Source: Gemmatimonadota bacterium
GTDB taxonomy: Bacteria > Gemmatimonadota > Gemmatimonadetes > Gemmatimonadales > GWC2-71-9
Length of the DNA: 64,000 nucleotides
Assembly: GCA_039591075.1 (NCBI GenBank)
Contig: JBDHEI010000004.1
Coordinates: forward strand, 120,302-184,301
Direction of reading: 5' to 3'
The position numbers were made by a program, and so were the translations under genes. The notes beneath the pieces were generated by a model. That model saw only the letters and a program-made list of their open reading frames with translations. It was not told the origin of the DNA and did no database searches. Of this stretch, positions 9,104 through 19,121 are shown piece by piece (within the stretch, counting starts at the first letter, position 1; each line of letters begins with the position of its first letter).

Positions 9104-10149
9104 CGCTCCCGCTCGAACAGGTAGGCAGCGTCGTGATGCTTGGCTTCCCTGCCGTCCCACGCGGCGTACCGTGCGCCGGCGAACATGGATGCGCCGCCGA
9201 ACTCACCCTTTTTGTTCACCGCATAGAAGTTGAGACCGAAGCGCGGTCGCCCGCGCTCATCGAGGAGCCGCGCCTCGGTTGTGGCGACCACCCGGCGCAG
9301 GGTCTCGAGCGCTGCGTCGGACGGACGCATGCCGCGTCGCAGGAATTCGACCGTGAGAAATGCTCCGCACGCCTTGATGCACGCCTCACCCCGACCGGTG
9401 GATCCGGCTGCGCCGACATCGTTGTCGGTGTACTGCCCGGCTCCAATGATGGGCGAGTCGCCGACTCGCCCCGGGATCTTCCAGGACAGCCCGCTTGTCG
9501 TGGTGACCGACGAGACATCCCCGCTGGCATTCACGGCATTGATGTTGATGGTGCCGTGTTCCTCACGCGACAACTGTTCGTCATCCGGCACCTCGAGCCA
9601 ATTGTCGTTGGGACCGCGACGTGCCCGCCAGCGGAGCCAGGCTTCCCGGGCGCGGTCCGTCAGGAGGTCTTCCTCCTGGAAGCCGTAGGAGAGCGCGAAG
9701 CGTTTTGCGCCGGGCCCCACCAGGAGAACGTGGTCGGTGTACAGCAGCACGTACTTCGCCACCACGCTCGGCGTCTTGATACCTTCGAGCGAGGCCACCG
9801 CGCCGGCCCGGCGGGTCGGTCCGTGCATGCACGAGGAGTCGAGCTGAACGATGCCTTCCTCGTTCGGCAGGCCTCCGTAGCCGACGGACGTGTCGTCCGG
9901 GTCCAGTTCCTGGATTTTGACTCCCTCGATGGCTGCATCGAGGGTATCCATACCCTGGACGAGCAGCTCTCCCGCCCGTTGCACACCGCGCAGGCCGTTC
10001 GCAGAGGCCACGACCACGTTCATGGCCGCAGGTCGGATGTGAATCGCGGGAGCCGATCGAGTGGCCAGGACGCCCGGTCCCAAGGCGACCCCAGCCGTGA
10101 GTCCCGAGGCGGCTCCGAGGAATTCCCGGCGCGAGTACGAGTCGGACAC
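9100..10149 (-). CDS. Tat-exported Ntn hydrolase, glycosylasparaginase / isoaspartyl peptidase family
   Basis: GTG 10149 preceded by GGAGGAGG. Twin-arginine signal SRREFLGAASGLTAGVALG. Blocks HGTININAV and KIPGRVGDSPIIGAGQYTDNDVGAAGSTGRGE. The ORF track extends it to 10224. Confidence 0.85.
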   Translation of the reverse strand: MSDSYSRREFLGAASGLTAGVALGPGVLATRSAPAIHIRPAAMNVVVASANGLRGVQRAGELLVQGMDTLDAAIEGVKIQELDPDDTSVGYGGLPNEEGIVQLDSSCMHGPTRRAGAVASLEGIKTPSVVAKYVLLYTDHVLLVGPGAKRFALSYGFQEEDLLTDRAREAWLRWRARRGPNDNWLEVPDDEQLSREEHGTININAVNASGDVSSVTTTSGLSWKIPGRVGDSPIIGAGQYTDNDVGAAGSTGRGEACIKACGAFLTVEFLRRGMRPSDAALETLRRVVATTEARLLDERGRPRFGLNFYAVNKKGEFGGASMFAGARYAAWDGREAKHHDAAYLFERER

Positions 10150-10238
10150 GATCAGACCTCCTCCGGAGGAGAAACCCCATCTGCGGGCATCGCGAAATAA
10201 CCCCGCGCGCTCCGGGACTGTCAACTTGCCTGGGATCC

Positions 10239-11042
10239 ATGGGCGCCATACGTTCTGGCCGGGACAGTGGCCGTCGCGGGATGGGGTGGCAGGGGAGCCC
10301 GGACTTCAGCTCCGTGAGGTGGGGACAGGCTGTGGTATCCGTAGTGCTACCGGTGCACAACGAGCAACCGAATCTCGGGCCGCTCTTTGAAGAAATCGCG
10401 TCGGCACTCGGCGGGGTTTCCCACGAGGTCATCGCGGTCGACGACGGGTCGACCGACGGGTCCGATGCCGAGCTGGGCCGACTGAAAGATCGGTTTCCCG
10501 CGCTCCGTGTGATCACGCTGGAGCGTCGCGGCGGCCAGAGTGCCGCTCTCGCGGTGGGGCTCGACGCCGCACGAGGGGAGATCGTGGTCACGCTGGATGC
10601 CGACGGGCAGAACGACCCGGCCGACATCATGCCGCTGCTGGGGGCTCTGCAGGAGCAACCCTCTTTGGCGGCTGCGGTCGGGTATCGCAACCGCCGGGCC
10701 GACTCCTGGTGGAAGCGGGCCCAGAGCCGGGTGGCCAACGCCGTGCGAAACTGGATCACGCGGGACGGCATGCGGGATACTGGGTGCGCCCTCAAGGTCG
10801 TCCGTCGGTCGGCGTTGGCACGGATCCCGCGCTTCGACGGACTCCACCGGTTCATCCCGGCGCTCCTGCAGGCTCAGGGAGGGCGTGTGGCCCAGATGCC
10901 GGTCGCGCATCGGCCGCGCCGCGCGGGACGAAGCAAGTACGGGATGCGGGACCGCGCGCTGCGGGGTTTGGTAGACGCGTTCGCTGTGCGGTGGTACCGG
11001 CGCCGAGCGCTTCGGTATGTCATCAAGGAGGACACCGGCTGA
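10239..11042 (+). CDS. Family-2 glycosyltransferase (polyprenol-phosphate glycosyltransferase-like)
   Basis: VSVVLPVHNEQ, AVDDGSTDGS and TLDADGQND (DxD) motifs. The exact start is uncertain (10239, 10281 or a GTG near 10314). Confidence 0.85.
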   Translation: MGAIRSGRDSGRRGMGWQGSPDFSSVRWGQAVVSVVLPVHNEQPNLGPLFEEIASALGGVSHEVIAVDDGSTDGSDAELGRLKDRFPALRVITLERRGGQSAALAVGLDAARGEIVVTLDADGQNDPADIMPLLGALQEQPSLAAAVGYRNRRADSWWKRAQSRVANAVRNWITRDGMRDTGCALKVVRRSALARIPRFDGLHRFIPALLQAQGGRVAQMPVAHRPRRAGRSKYGMRDRALRGLVDAFAVRWYRRRALRYVIKEDTG

Positions 11043-11043
11043 G

Positions 11044-12108
11044 ATGCCGCGTCGCAAACGACTCGATCCATCGATATTTCAGCTGCCGGTCGAGAAGATG
11101 AGGGCCGGCTACTACTCGGACAAGTACTTCGTGCGGTCCCGAGAGATCGTGCTGGCTGACCACAACCGCCCGCGGGTCTTGATGCAGGTGTTCACCAAGG
11201 CACACGCGTTTCTGGGTGGGGTGGATGAGGCCATCGCGATTCTCAAGTTGTGTTCTCATTCCTGGGGCGATCTCACGTTGCATGCCCTGTACGATGGGGA
11301 CGAAATCGCTCCGTGGGAGACGGTGATGACCATCGAGGGGCCGTACGACGCCTTTGCGCACCTCGAGACACTCTACGTTGGGGTCCTGGCTCGGCGGACC
11401 CGCGTCGGCACCAATACGCGGCTCGTGGTGGAGGCCGCGAAACCCAAGGACATCATGTTCTTTCCGGCCCGCCACGACCACTGGCTGGTTCAGACCGGTG
11501 ACGGCTACGCAGCGCACATCGCGGGTGCCATCGGTGTGTCCACCGACGCACAGGCGTCATGGTGGGGCAGCGAAGGTATCGGAACCGTTCCGCACGCCAT
11601 GATCGCTGCCTATGGCGGCGACACGGTACTGGCCGCAAAGAAGTTCGTGCAGTACATGCCGTCGGATGTGAAACTCGCGTGTCTGGTGGATTTCCAGAAC
11701 GACAGCGTGCGCACCGCCGTCGACGTGGCGAAAGCGCTCGGCACGCACCTGTACGGCGTGCGCCTCGATACGTCCGGGACCATCGTCGATCGCTCTGTGA
11801 TTCCACAGATGGGGCATTTCGACCCTCGAGGGGTGAATCCCCAACTCGTGTGGAACGTCCGGCAGGCACTCGACGCAGAGGGATTCTCCCACGTGAAGAT
11901 CGTCGTGTCCGGCGGGTTCACCGTGGAGAAGATCCGGGCGTTCGAAGAGGCCGGTGTGCCGGTCGATGCTTACGGTGTGGGGTCGTCGTTGTTCCGCGGT
12001 CAAGGACGCTACGATTTCACCGCAGATGTGGTGCTAGTCGACGGCAAGCCCTGTGCGAAGACGGGGAGGGAACATCGACCGAACCCTCGCCTCGAACGCG
12101 TCGACTAG
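11044..12108 (+). CDS. Nicotinate phosphoribosyltransferase-like (type II PRTase family)
   Basis: ATG 11044, 1 nt after the upstream stop. The N-terminus (FQLPVEKMRAGYYSDKYFVRSREI) and the C-terminal barrel (VKIVVSGGF...) are typical of the short NAPRT family. Confidence 0.8.
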   Translation: MPRRKRLDPSIFQLPVEKMRAGYYSDKYFVRSREIVLADHNRPRVLMQVFTKAHAFLGGVDEAIAILKLCSHSWGDLTLHALYDGDEIAPWETVMTIEGPYDAFAHLETLYVGVLARRTRVGTNTRLVVEAAKPKDIMFFPARHDHWLVQTGDGYAAHIAGAIGVSTDAQASWWGSEGIGTVPHAMIAAYGGDTVLAAKKFVQYMPSDVKLACLVDFQNDSVRTAVDVAKALGTHLYGVRLDTSGTIVDRSVIPQMGHFDPRGVNPQLVWNVRQALDAEGFSHVKIVVSGGFTVEKIRAFEEAGVPVDAYGVGSSLFRGQGRYDFTADVVLVDGKPCAKTGREHRPNPRLERVD

Positions 12109-12187
12109 GATTTCCCAGGACGCACCCCGCCAGCATCCGATTAGTTTACCCCCTGGAGCGGATCGACTGTCTCACACGAGGGCGCGG

Positions 12188-13231
12188 GTGCCACAGCTTC
12201 CCATACCACCGCACTTTGACCCGGCGAAGGTCGGCGAGATTTGGCGCGTCGACTACGGTCGACGGGCCGAAGACGCCGAGTCCTGGACGAAACAGCATAC
12301 CATCGGCCTGGCGGCCGCAGATGGGATTCGCCTCTGTCTCTTGATCGTAGACTGCCAAAACACGTTCTGCATCCCCGGCCACGAGTTGTTCGTCGGCGGG
12401 CGGTCCGGCATGGGCGCGGTCGAAGACAACGTCAGATTGTGCGAGTTCATCTATCGCAATCTTGACGTACTCACCGAGATCGCCCCGACGCTGGATACGC
12501 ATACGGCGCTCCAGATCTTCCATCCGGTCTTCTGGGTCGACGAGGCGGGCAGGCATCCACGCGGCGCCGAAACGGTCATCACTGCCGAAGATGTGGAGCA
12601 CGGTACGTGGCGTGTGAATCCGGCCGTGGCCGCGTCGGTCGTCGGGGGTGACGAGGAGCATCTCCGGACCTACGCACACCACTATGTCCGTGAACTGGCG
12701 AAGGGACGACTCCCGCTCATGGTGTGGCCCTATCATGCCATGCTCGGCAGTGTCGGCCACGCACTCGTGCCCGCGGTGGAGGAGGCGCTGTTTTTTCATG
12801 CAATCGCCCGGCGGACGGCGACACGCTTCGAGCTCAAGGGCGACAACCCGCTCACGGAGCACTACTCTGTGCTGTGTCCCGAGGTGACCCATGGGCCGGA
12901 CGGCGCCGTCGTCGCCCGGAAGAACGAGCGCTTTATACAGCGACTGCTCGACTTCGACGCGGTCGTCGTCGCGGGCCAGGCGAAGAGCCACTGTGTGGCG
13001 TGGACGGTCCACGATCTTCTGGCCGGGATTGAAGCGAAAGATCGGAGTCTTGCGGAACGGGTCTATCTCCTGGAGGACTGCTCCTCGGCCGTCGTCGTGC
13101 CGGGCGTCGTCGACTTCACGGAACAGGCGAACGAGGCCTTCAACCGCTTCGCGAATGCGGGAATGCACGTGGTGCGCGCGGAACTGCCCGTGGCGCAGTG
13201 GCCGGGACTGGAAGGTATCGGCCGCGCATGA
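12188..13231 (+). CDS. Isochorismatase-fold cysteine hydrolase, long-form nicotinamidase-like
   Basis: GTG 12188 preceded by GAGGG. D-K-C triad context: LLIVDCQNTF, ELKGDNP, GQAKSHCV. Sits next to the NAPRT-like gene. An alternative ATG at 12053 would overlap the upstream gene. Confidence 0.75.
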   Translation: MPQLPIPPHFDPAKVGEIWRVDYGRRAEDAESWTKQHTIGLAAADGIRLCLLIVDCQNTFCIPGHELFVGGRSGMGAVEDNVRLCEFIYRNLDVLTEIAPTLDTHTALQIFHPVFWVDEAGRHPRGAETVITAEDVEHGTWRVNPAVAASVVGGDEEHLRTYAHHYVRELAKGRLPLMVWPYHAMLGSVGHALVPAVEEALFFHAIARRTATRFELKGDNPLTEHYSVLCPEVTHGPDGAVVARKNERFIQRLLDFDAVVVAGQAKSHCVAWTVHDLLAGIEAKDRSLAERVYLLEDCSSAVVVPGVVDFTEQANEAFNRFANAGMHVVRAELPVAQWPGLEGIGRA

Positions 13232-14394
13232 CGACACCGCCGCATCGACCCGTGTCGCCGCTCTCGGCGTCGCTCGAGTCGCCGACCTCTCAGGCGGGCT
13301 CGTCGCCTAGGCAGGAGCTCGGGCGGTTCTTCCTGCCCGGTCCCACTGAGGTGCATCCGGATGTTCTCGCTGCCATGCAGCGGCCCATGATCCCTCACCG
13401 TGGCGGGGACATGGTTCAACTGCTCACGGCGATGGAACCCCCGCTGCAGCGCGCATGGCGGACTGGCCGGCGGGTCTACATCGGGACGTGTTCTGCTACG
13501 GGCTTCATGGAGATGGCCGTCCGGTGCGGCGTGCGTCGACGGGCGTTGTCGCTAGTGAGCGGCGCATTCGGTGAGCGTTTCGCGGGGATCGTGGCGGCCA
13601 CGGGACGGGACGTCGTCCGGGTGGATGTGCCGTTAGGGCAGACAGTCGAGCCCGACATGCTGCGGGATGCGCTCAAGCGCACGGAGGTGGATGCCGTGAC
13701 GCTCGTGCACTCGGAGACGGCGACCGGAGCGCTCGCCCCGTTGGAGGACTTGGCGGCCGTGGTGCGGGAGTTCGACGGCGTCGTGCTGCTCGTTGATGCC
13801 GTGACCTCTTTTGCCGGCTCGCCGGTCGAGACGGATACCTGGGAGCTGGACTTCGTGCTCACCGGTTCGCAGAAGGCCCTGGCGCTTCCACCGGGCTTGG
13901 CATTGGGCGTGGCGTCGGACCGCATGATCGAACGTGCCAAACAGGTTTCGGAGCGTGGCGCGTATCTCGATCTCCTGGCGTTCGATCGGGCCGGGATCGA
14001 CTACCAGCCGACCAATACGCCAGCTATCTCGTTGCTCTACGCGCTCGAAGCGCAACTCCGTCGCATCGACGCTGAGGGTGGAATCGAAGCCCGGTGGAAA
14101 CGTCACCAGCAAATGCGGGAGATCGTAGAACGCTGGGTGCACGGGCGAGGAGGACAGCTCGGCTTTCAGTTCTTGCCTCCAACGGATCGCCGGTCGTGGA
14201 CGGTCTCGTGCCTGAAGGTGCCGAGCGGGAAGAGTGGCCGCGCGCTGGCCGTGGTGATGAAGAGCAAGGGATGGGTGATCGGCACGGGGTACGGTCCGCT
14301 CAAGCAGTCGACCATCCGCATCGGTCACATGGGAGATCACAGCCCCGAGCGGGTGGAGGAACTGCTGCACACACTGGAATCGGTCACCTTATGA
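13228..14394 (+). CDS. Class-V PLP aminotransferase (serine-glyoxylate / phosphoserine aminotransferase-like)
   Basis: ATG 13228 overlaps the upstream stop (ATGA). PLP-lysine block LTGSQKALALPPG. Followed by serA with another ATGA overlap. Confidence 0.85.
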   Translation: MTTPPHRPVSPLSASLESPTSQAGSSPRQELGRFFLPGPTEVHPDVLAAMQRPMIPHRGGDMVQLLTAMEPPLQRAWRTGRRVYIGTCSATGFMEMAVRCGVRRRALSLVSGAFGERFAGIVAATGRDVVRVDVPLGQTVEPDMLRDALKRTEVDAVTLVHSETATGALAPLEDLAAVVREFDGVVLLVDAVTSFAGSPVETDTWELDFVLTGSQKALALPPGLALGVASDRMIERAKQVSERGAYLDLLAFDRAGIDYQPTNTPAISLLYALEAQLRRIDAEGGIEARWKRHQQMREIVERWVHGRGGQLGFQFLPPTDRRSWTVSCLKVPSGKSGRALAVVMKSKGWVIGTGYGPLKQSTIRIGHMGDHSPERVEELLHTLESVTL

Positions 14395-15980
14395 CATACG
14401 TGGTAGTCGTTGCCGATCGCGTCGCAGAGCCGGGTTTGGAGATTCTGCGCAGGCAACCGGAACTGGAGGTCGTCTCAGTGGTCGGCGACGCGAAACGCCT
14501 GGACCAGGAACTGGCCCATGCGCACGCGCTGCTGGTGCGGTCGGACACCAAGGTGACCGAAGAGCGGATTGCTCGGGCGCCGCGCCTGATGGTGATCGGA
14601 CGGGCGGGTACCGGGGTCGACAACATCGATGTCGATGCCGCCACCCGCCGTGGAATTGCCGTGCTGAACGCTGCGGGGGCGAACACTGTCAGTGCTGCCG
14701 AACACGCGGTCGCGCTGCTTCTCGCGTTGGTGCGCCGCATTCCGTGGGCCGCAGCCAGCATGGGTGACGGCGCATGGGACCGGAAGCGGTTTGCCGGAAG
14801 CGAGTTGTGCGACAAGCAGCTCGGTGTGGTGGGGCTCGGGCGGGTGGGTCTCCGGGTCGCGACCATCGCCCGAGCCCTCGGGATGACGATCCTGGCTCAC
14901 GACCCGTATCTGCCGGAACAGCGGGCGGCCGATCTTGGCATCGAGCTCGTCGATCTCGAAACGCTGTTGGCAGCGTCCGACGTGGTCACGCTCCACCTTC
15001 CGCTCACCGACGACACGCGGCATCTGATCGATCGCGAGCGACTGCGTCTCATGAAGCCCGGATCCTACGTGGTCAATACGGCGCGGGGGGGGTTGGTCGA
15101 TGATGGCGCATTGCTGGAGGCGTTGGAGAGCGGGCACCTTGCCGGTGCCGCCCTGGACGTGTTCGATCCGGAGCCGCTGCCGGGGGATTCCCCGATGCGG
15201 CGGGCCAGCGGCCTGCTCCTCACGCCGCACCTGGCGGCATCGACCTCCGAAGCCCAGGAGCGCGTCGCGACCGAGATCTGCCGCTACGTGCGGGACGCCC
15301 TCCTGAGCGGCGCGCTCAGGGGTGCGATCAACCTCCCGGGCGTTGCGGGCGATGCGCTTCAGCGCTTGAGCGGCGTCCTCGATCTCGCTCGCGGGCTTGG
15401 CCGGTTGGCTGCCGGGATTGCAGGCGGAGCCGTCCGGTCGATCGAAGTCGTCTATGGGGGCCGAGATGAAGCGGCTCCCCGTCCGGTCATGCTCGCCGCC
15501 GTGGAGGGTGTGTTGTCGGCCGCCGGCGTCACCCCGGTCACGCTGGTCAATGCCGCCGAGCGAGCACGTCAGCGGGGAATCGCTGCGTCCCGCAGTGTGG
15601 GGGCTCCCTTGGCGGGCTTCGAGACCACGGTCGGCGTGTCGGTGGCAACCGAGGAACGCGTCACGACCGTGGACGGCGCGATGCTGGGTGACGTCACCGC
15701 CCGAGTGATCCGGATCGACGGGTTCGACGTCGACGTGCCTGCCCACGGAACGATGCTCGTGCTGCGGAATCGCGACGTCCCGGGGGTGATCGGTCGGGTC
15801 GGTAGCGTCCTCGGCGCGGCCGGCATCAACGTGGGCTCCTACCATCAATCGCGTCGGGACCAGGCGGGTTCGGAGGCTCTGGCGGCGATCGTCGTCGACG
15901 AACAGCCCAATGGAAACGTGCTGTCCACGCTCGCGGGGCTTCCCGACCTGCTGGAGGTGAAGGTCGCGAGGCTGGGGTGA
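14391..15980 (+). CDS. serA: D-3-phosphoglycerate dehydrogenase (long form with C-terminal regulatory domains)
   Basis: ATG 14391 (MTYVVVVADRVAEPGLEIL). NAD-binding GVVGLGRVG. About 529 aa with an ACT-like C-terminus. The upstream part of ORF 14094.. is the end of the previous gene read in another frame. Confidence 0.9.
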   Translation: MTYVVVVADRVAEPGLEILRRQPELEVVSVVGDAKRLDQELAHAHALLVRSDTKVTEERIARAPRLMVIGRAGTGVDNIDVDAATRRGIAVLNAAGANTVSAAEHAVALLLALVRRIPWAAASMGDGAWDRKRFAGSELCDKQLGVVGLGRVGLRVATIARALGMTILAHDPYLPEQRAADLGIELVDLETLLAASDVVTLHLPLTDDTRHLIDRERLRLMKPGSYVVNTARGGLVDDGALLEALESGHLAGAALDVFDPEPLPGDSPMRRASGLLLTPHLAASTSEAQERVATEICRYVRDALLSGALRGAINLPGVAGDALQRLSGVLDLARGLGRLAAGIAGGAVRSIEVVYGGRDEAAPRPVMLAAVEGVLSAAGVTPVTLVNAAERARQRGIAASRSVGAPLAGFETTVGVSVATEERVTTVDGAMLGDVTARVIRIDGFDVDVPAHGTMLVLRNRDVPGVIGRVGSVLGAAGINVGSYHQSRRDQAGSEALAAIVVDEQPNGNVLSTLAGLPDLLEVKVARLG

Positions 15981-16016
15981 CCGTCGCCCCCTTCGGCTAC
16001 TTAGATTTCCGACTCT

Positions 16017-18491
16017 ATGCGATCAGATAACGTAGCGGGCCAACGGTACGATCCGGAGGCGGTCGAGCAGAAGTGGCGGCAGCGCTGGGAGGAGCGGCAC
16101 ACGAACCGAGCTGCCCTCGCCGAGGCCGGGCGCCCCTACTACAACCTCATGATGTTCCCGTATCCCTCGGCGGAAGGTCTCCACGTCGGGAACGTCTTCG
16201 CCTTCGTCGGAAGCGACGTGCACGGCCGGTTTCGGCGACTCCTGGGCTGGCAGGTGTTCGAGCCCATCGGGTTCGACGCCTTCGGGATCCACTCGGAGAA
16301 CTACGCACTGAAGGTCGACACCCACCCGGCCAAGCTCATTCCCCAAAACATCGATCGGTTCCGGGAGCAGCTGCGACGCATCGGACTCATGCTCGATTGG
16401 GACCACGAGGTCCAGACGACCGATCCCCGATACTACGCGTGGACCCAGTGGATCTTCCTCCAGTTGTACAAGGCTGGGCTCGCCGTGCGGAAGGAAGCCC
16501 CGGTCAACTGGTGTCCGGAGTGCAAGACGGTCCTCGCCAACGAGCAGGTGATCGACGGGATGTGCGAGCGCCATCCCGACACTCCGGTCACCCAGCGATT
16601 CCTGGCGCAGTGGTTCTTCCGGATCACGGAATACGCTGAGCGCCTGCTCGAGAACCTCCGGACCATCGATTGGTCCGAGTCCACCCGGCTCATGCAGACG
16701 AACTGGATTGGCGAGTCCGAGGGGGCCGAACTGGTGTTCACCACCGAGTCGGGGACCGAGATTCGCGTGTTCACGACACGGCCCGACACGGTCTTCGGTG
16801 CGACTTATATGGTGTTGGCGCCGGAGCACCCGGTGGTAGACCAGCTAACCACGCCGGCGCAGCAGCCCTTTGTGGACGAGTATCGGCGCCGGACCTCGGC
16901 CATGGATTTGGTGTCGCGTCGGGTGGGCGAGAAGGAGAAGACAGGGGTCTTCACCGGGGCCCACTGCGTCAACCCGGCCACGGGTGAGCGCATCCCCCTG
17001 TGGATTGCCGATTACGTGCTCATGGAGTATGGCACGGGGGCCATCATGGCGGTGCCGGCTCACGACGCGCGCGACTACGAATTCGCTCGGAAGTTCGGCC
17101 TGGAGATCCGGCAGGTAGTGCGGCCGAAGGAGGGCGTCGAGGTCGATGCACCGGAGCCGGCTCCGGACCTCCCGCCCCTCTTCACCGGGTGGGACGGCAC
17201 CATGATGAGCTCCGGGGAGTTCGACGGCATGGCGTGCGCCGACGCGGTCACCGCGATCACCGACTGGCTCGCGACCAAGGGCGCCGGCAGGCGGCAAACC
17301 CAATACCGTCTCCACGACTGGTGCATCTCGAGGCAGCGCTACTGGGGACCCCCCATCCCCATCATCTATTGCGATGCGTGCGGTATCGTGCCGGTTCCGG
17401 AAACCGACCTGCCTGTCCTGCTCCCTCCACTCGACGACTTCAGGCCCGACGAAAGTGGCGTCTCGCCACTGGCGCGTGCCGAGGACTGGCACCGGGTACC
17501 GTGCCCGACGTGCGGAGCGAACGGTCGGCGCGAGACGGACGTGTCGGACACGTTTCTCGATTCCGCCTGGTATTTCCTGCGGTACCCGTCCACGGACTTC
17601 GATGACCGTCCGTTCGACCCGGCGCTGACGAGCAAGTGGTTGCCCGTCGATTGCTACATTGGCGGCAACGAGCACGCCGTGCTGCATCTGATGTATTCGC
17701 GCTTCATTACGATGGCCTTACACGATCTTGGCCACCTCGGCTTCGAGGAGCCATTCGCCCGGTTCCGTGCCCACGGCATGATCGTGAAGGACGGCGCGAA
17801 GATGTCGAAGTCGCGTGGCAACGTCGTCATCCCCGACGACTACCTCGCACGGTGGGGTGCCGACACCTTCCGCATGTACCTCATGTTCCTCGGTCCGTAC
17901 CAGGAGGGGGGGGACTTCCGGGACGAGGGCATCTCCGGTATCCGGCGGTTTCTCGACAAGGCTTGGGGGCTGGTGAGCGCGGCCACGTTCGAGGGGGGCG
18001 AGGTCTCGGTCGATGTGATGCGGAAGCTGCACCAGACGATCCGGGGCGTGGCTGAAGACCTGGAGGACCTCCGGTACAACACGGCCATCGCGAAGCTGAT
18101 GAAGTATGTCAACGCGCTGCGTGGGAAGGGCACCGACGATTCTGCCGGACCGGACGTGGGAGCCGAGCTGCTCGAGCCACTGGTGGTCATGCTCGCGCCT
18201 CTCGCTCCGCACTTCGCCGAGGAATGTTGGGAACGGCTGGGTCACGACACAGGTGTGTTCGACGCGCACTGGCCCGCCTTCGATGAGGAGATGGCGCGTG
18301 AGGACCAGATCGAGCTGGTCGTCCAGGTGAACGGCAGGGTGCGAGGTCGGGTGACGGTGCCCGCTGGGATCGGTGAGGAATCGGCAGTTGCGCGGGCGTT
18401 GGCCGAAGACACCGTACGCCGATTCGTGGATGCAAAGCCAATCAAGAAAACGGTTTACGTTCCCGACAAACTGGTCAATCTGGTGATCTAG
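16017..18491 (+). CDS. leuS: Leucine--tRNA ligase
   Basis: 824 aa. HIGH-type motif (GLHVGNVFAF), KMSKS (GAKMSKSRGN) and the typical LeuRS editing-domain insertion. Confidence 0.97.
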   Translation: MRSDNVAGQRYDPEAVEQKWRQRWEERHTNRAALAEAGRPYYNLMMFPYPSAEGLHVGNVFAFVGSDVHGRFRRLLGWQVFEPIGFDAFGIHSENYALKVDTHPAKLIPQNIDRFREQLRRIGLMLDWDHEVQTTDPRYYAWTQWIFLQLYKAGLAVRKEAPVNWCPECKTVLANEQVIDGMCERHPDTPVTQRFLAQWFFRITEYAERLLENLRTIDWSESTRLMQTNWIGESEGAELVFTTESGTEIRVFTTRPDTVFGATYMVLAPEHPVVDQLTTPAQQPFVDEYRRRTSAMDLVSRRVGEKEKTGVFTGAHCVNPATGERIPLWIADYVLMEYGTGAIMAVPAHDARDYEFARKFGLEIRQVVRPKEGVEVDAPEPAPDLPPLFTGWDGTMMSSGEFDGMACADAVTAITDWLATKGAGRRQTQYRLHDWCISRQRYWGPPIPIIYCDACGIVPVPETDLPVLLPPLDDFRPDESGVSPLARAEDWHRVPCPTCGANGRRETDVSDTFLDSAWYFLRYPSTDFDDRPFDPALTSKWLPVDCYIGGNEHAVLHLMYSRFITMALHDLGHLGFEEPFARFRAHGMIVKDGAKMSKSRGNVVIPDDYLARWGADTFRMYLMFLGPYQEGGDFRDEGISGIRRFLDKAWGLVSAATFEGGEVSVDVMRKLHQTIRGVAEDLEDLRYNTAIAKLMKYVNALRGKGTDDSAGPDVGAELLEPLVVMLAPLAPHFAEECWERLGHDTGVFDAHWPAFDEEMAREDQIELVVQVNGRVRGRVTVPAGIGEESAVARALAEDTVRRFVDAKPIKKTVYVPDKLVNLVI

Positions 18492-18575
18492 GGAACAACG
18501 CGGTCTCCGCCCCTTCCCGCTCGCCCTTTCCCGCCTGCGACCCCATCCGTCCACAACGCATCTATACTTCTGGGC

Positions 18576-19121
18576 ATGGGACAGGTCACTGCTGCGACAT
18601 TGGACGAGCTCGCGATCCAACGGGCAAAAGGGGGCGATCTGGCGGCCCTCGAGCGGGTGTACCGCGCCTACGAGGGGACCGTGTACGGCGTCGCCCGACG
18701 GATCTGCCGCACGCCCGAGGAAGCGGAGGAAGTGCTCCAGGAGACCTTCCTCGAAGTGTGCCGCAGCATCAAGCGGTTCCGGGGCTCGGCCCCCGGGAGC
18801 CTCACGGCGTGGATCAAGCGGGTGGCGTCAAGCAAGGCGTTGATTCGCATCCGGCGCGAGAAGTATCGCGATACGGAGGTACTCGAGGAAGACAGTGGCT
18901 GGGCTGGGCGCAGGGATGGCGATGTGGGGCTGCGCATGGATCTGGAAGCGGCCCTGGCCCAGTTGTCCGACACGTCGCGGGCGGTCGTATGGCTGCACGA
19001 TGTCGAAGGGTATACGCACGAGGAGATTGCCGAGCAGATGGGAAAGACGGTGAGCTTCTCCAAGTCGCAGCTGTCACGAGCGCACGCGCGGCTTCGGACG
19101 ATGCTCGGTGAGGAGGCATGA
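18576..19121 (+). CDS. ECF-type RNA polymerase sigma factor
   Basis: 181 aa with sigma-70 region 2 (..EEAEEVLQETFLEV..) and region 4 (EGYTHEEIAEQMGKTVSFSKSQLSRA). Confidence 0.9.
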   Translation: MGQVTAATLDELAIQRAKGGDLAALERVYRAYEGTVYGVARRICRTPEEAEEVLQETFLEVCRSIKRFRGSAPGSLTAWIKRVASSKALIRIRREKYRDTEVLEEDSGWAGRRDGDVGLRMDLEAALAQLSDTSRAVVWLHDVEGYTHEEIAEQMGKTVSFSKSQLSRAHARLRTMLGEEA

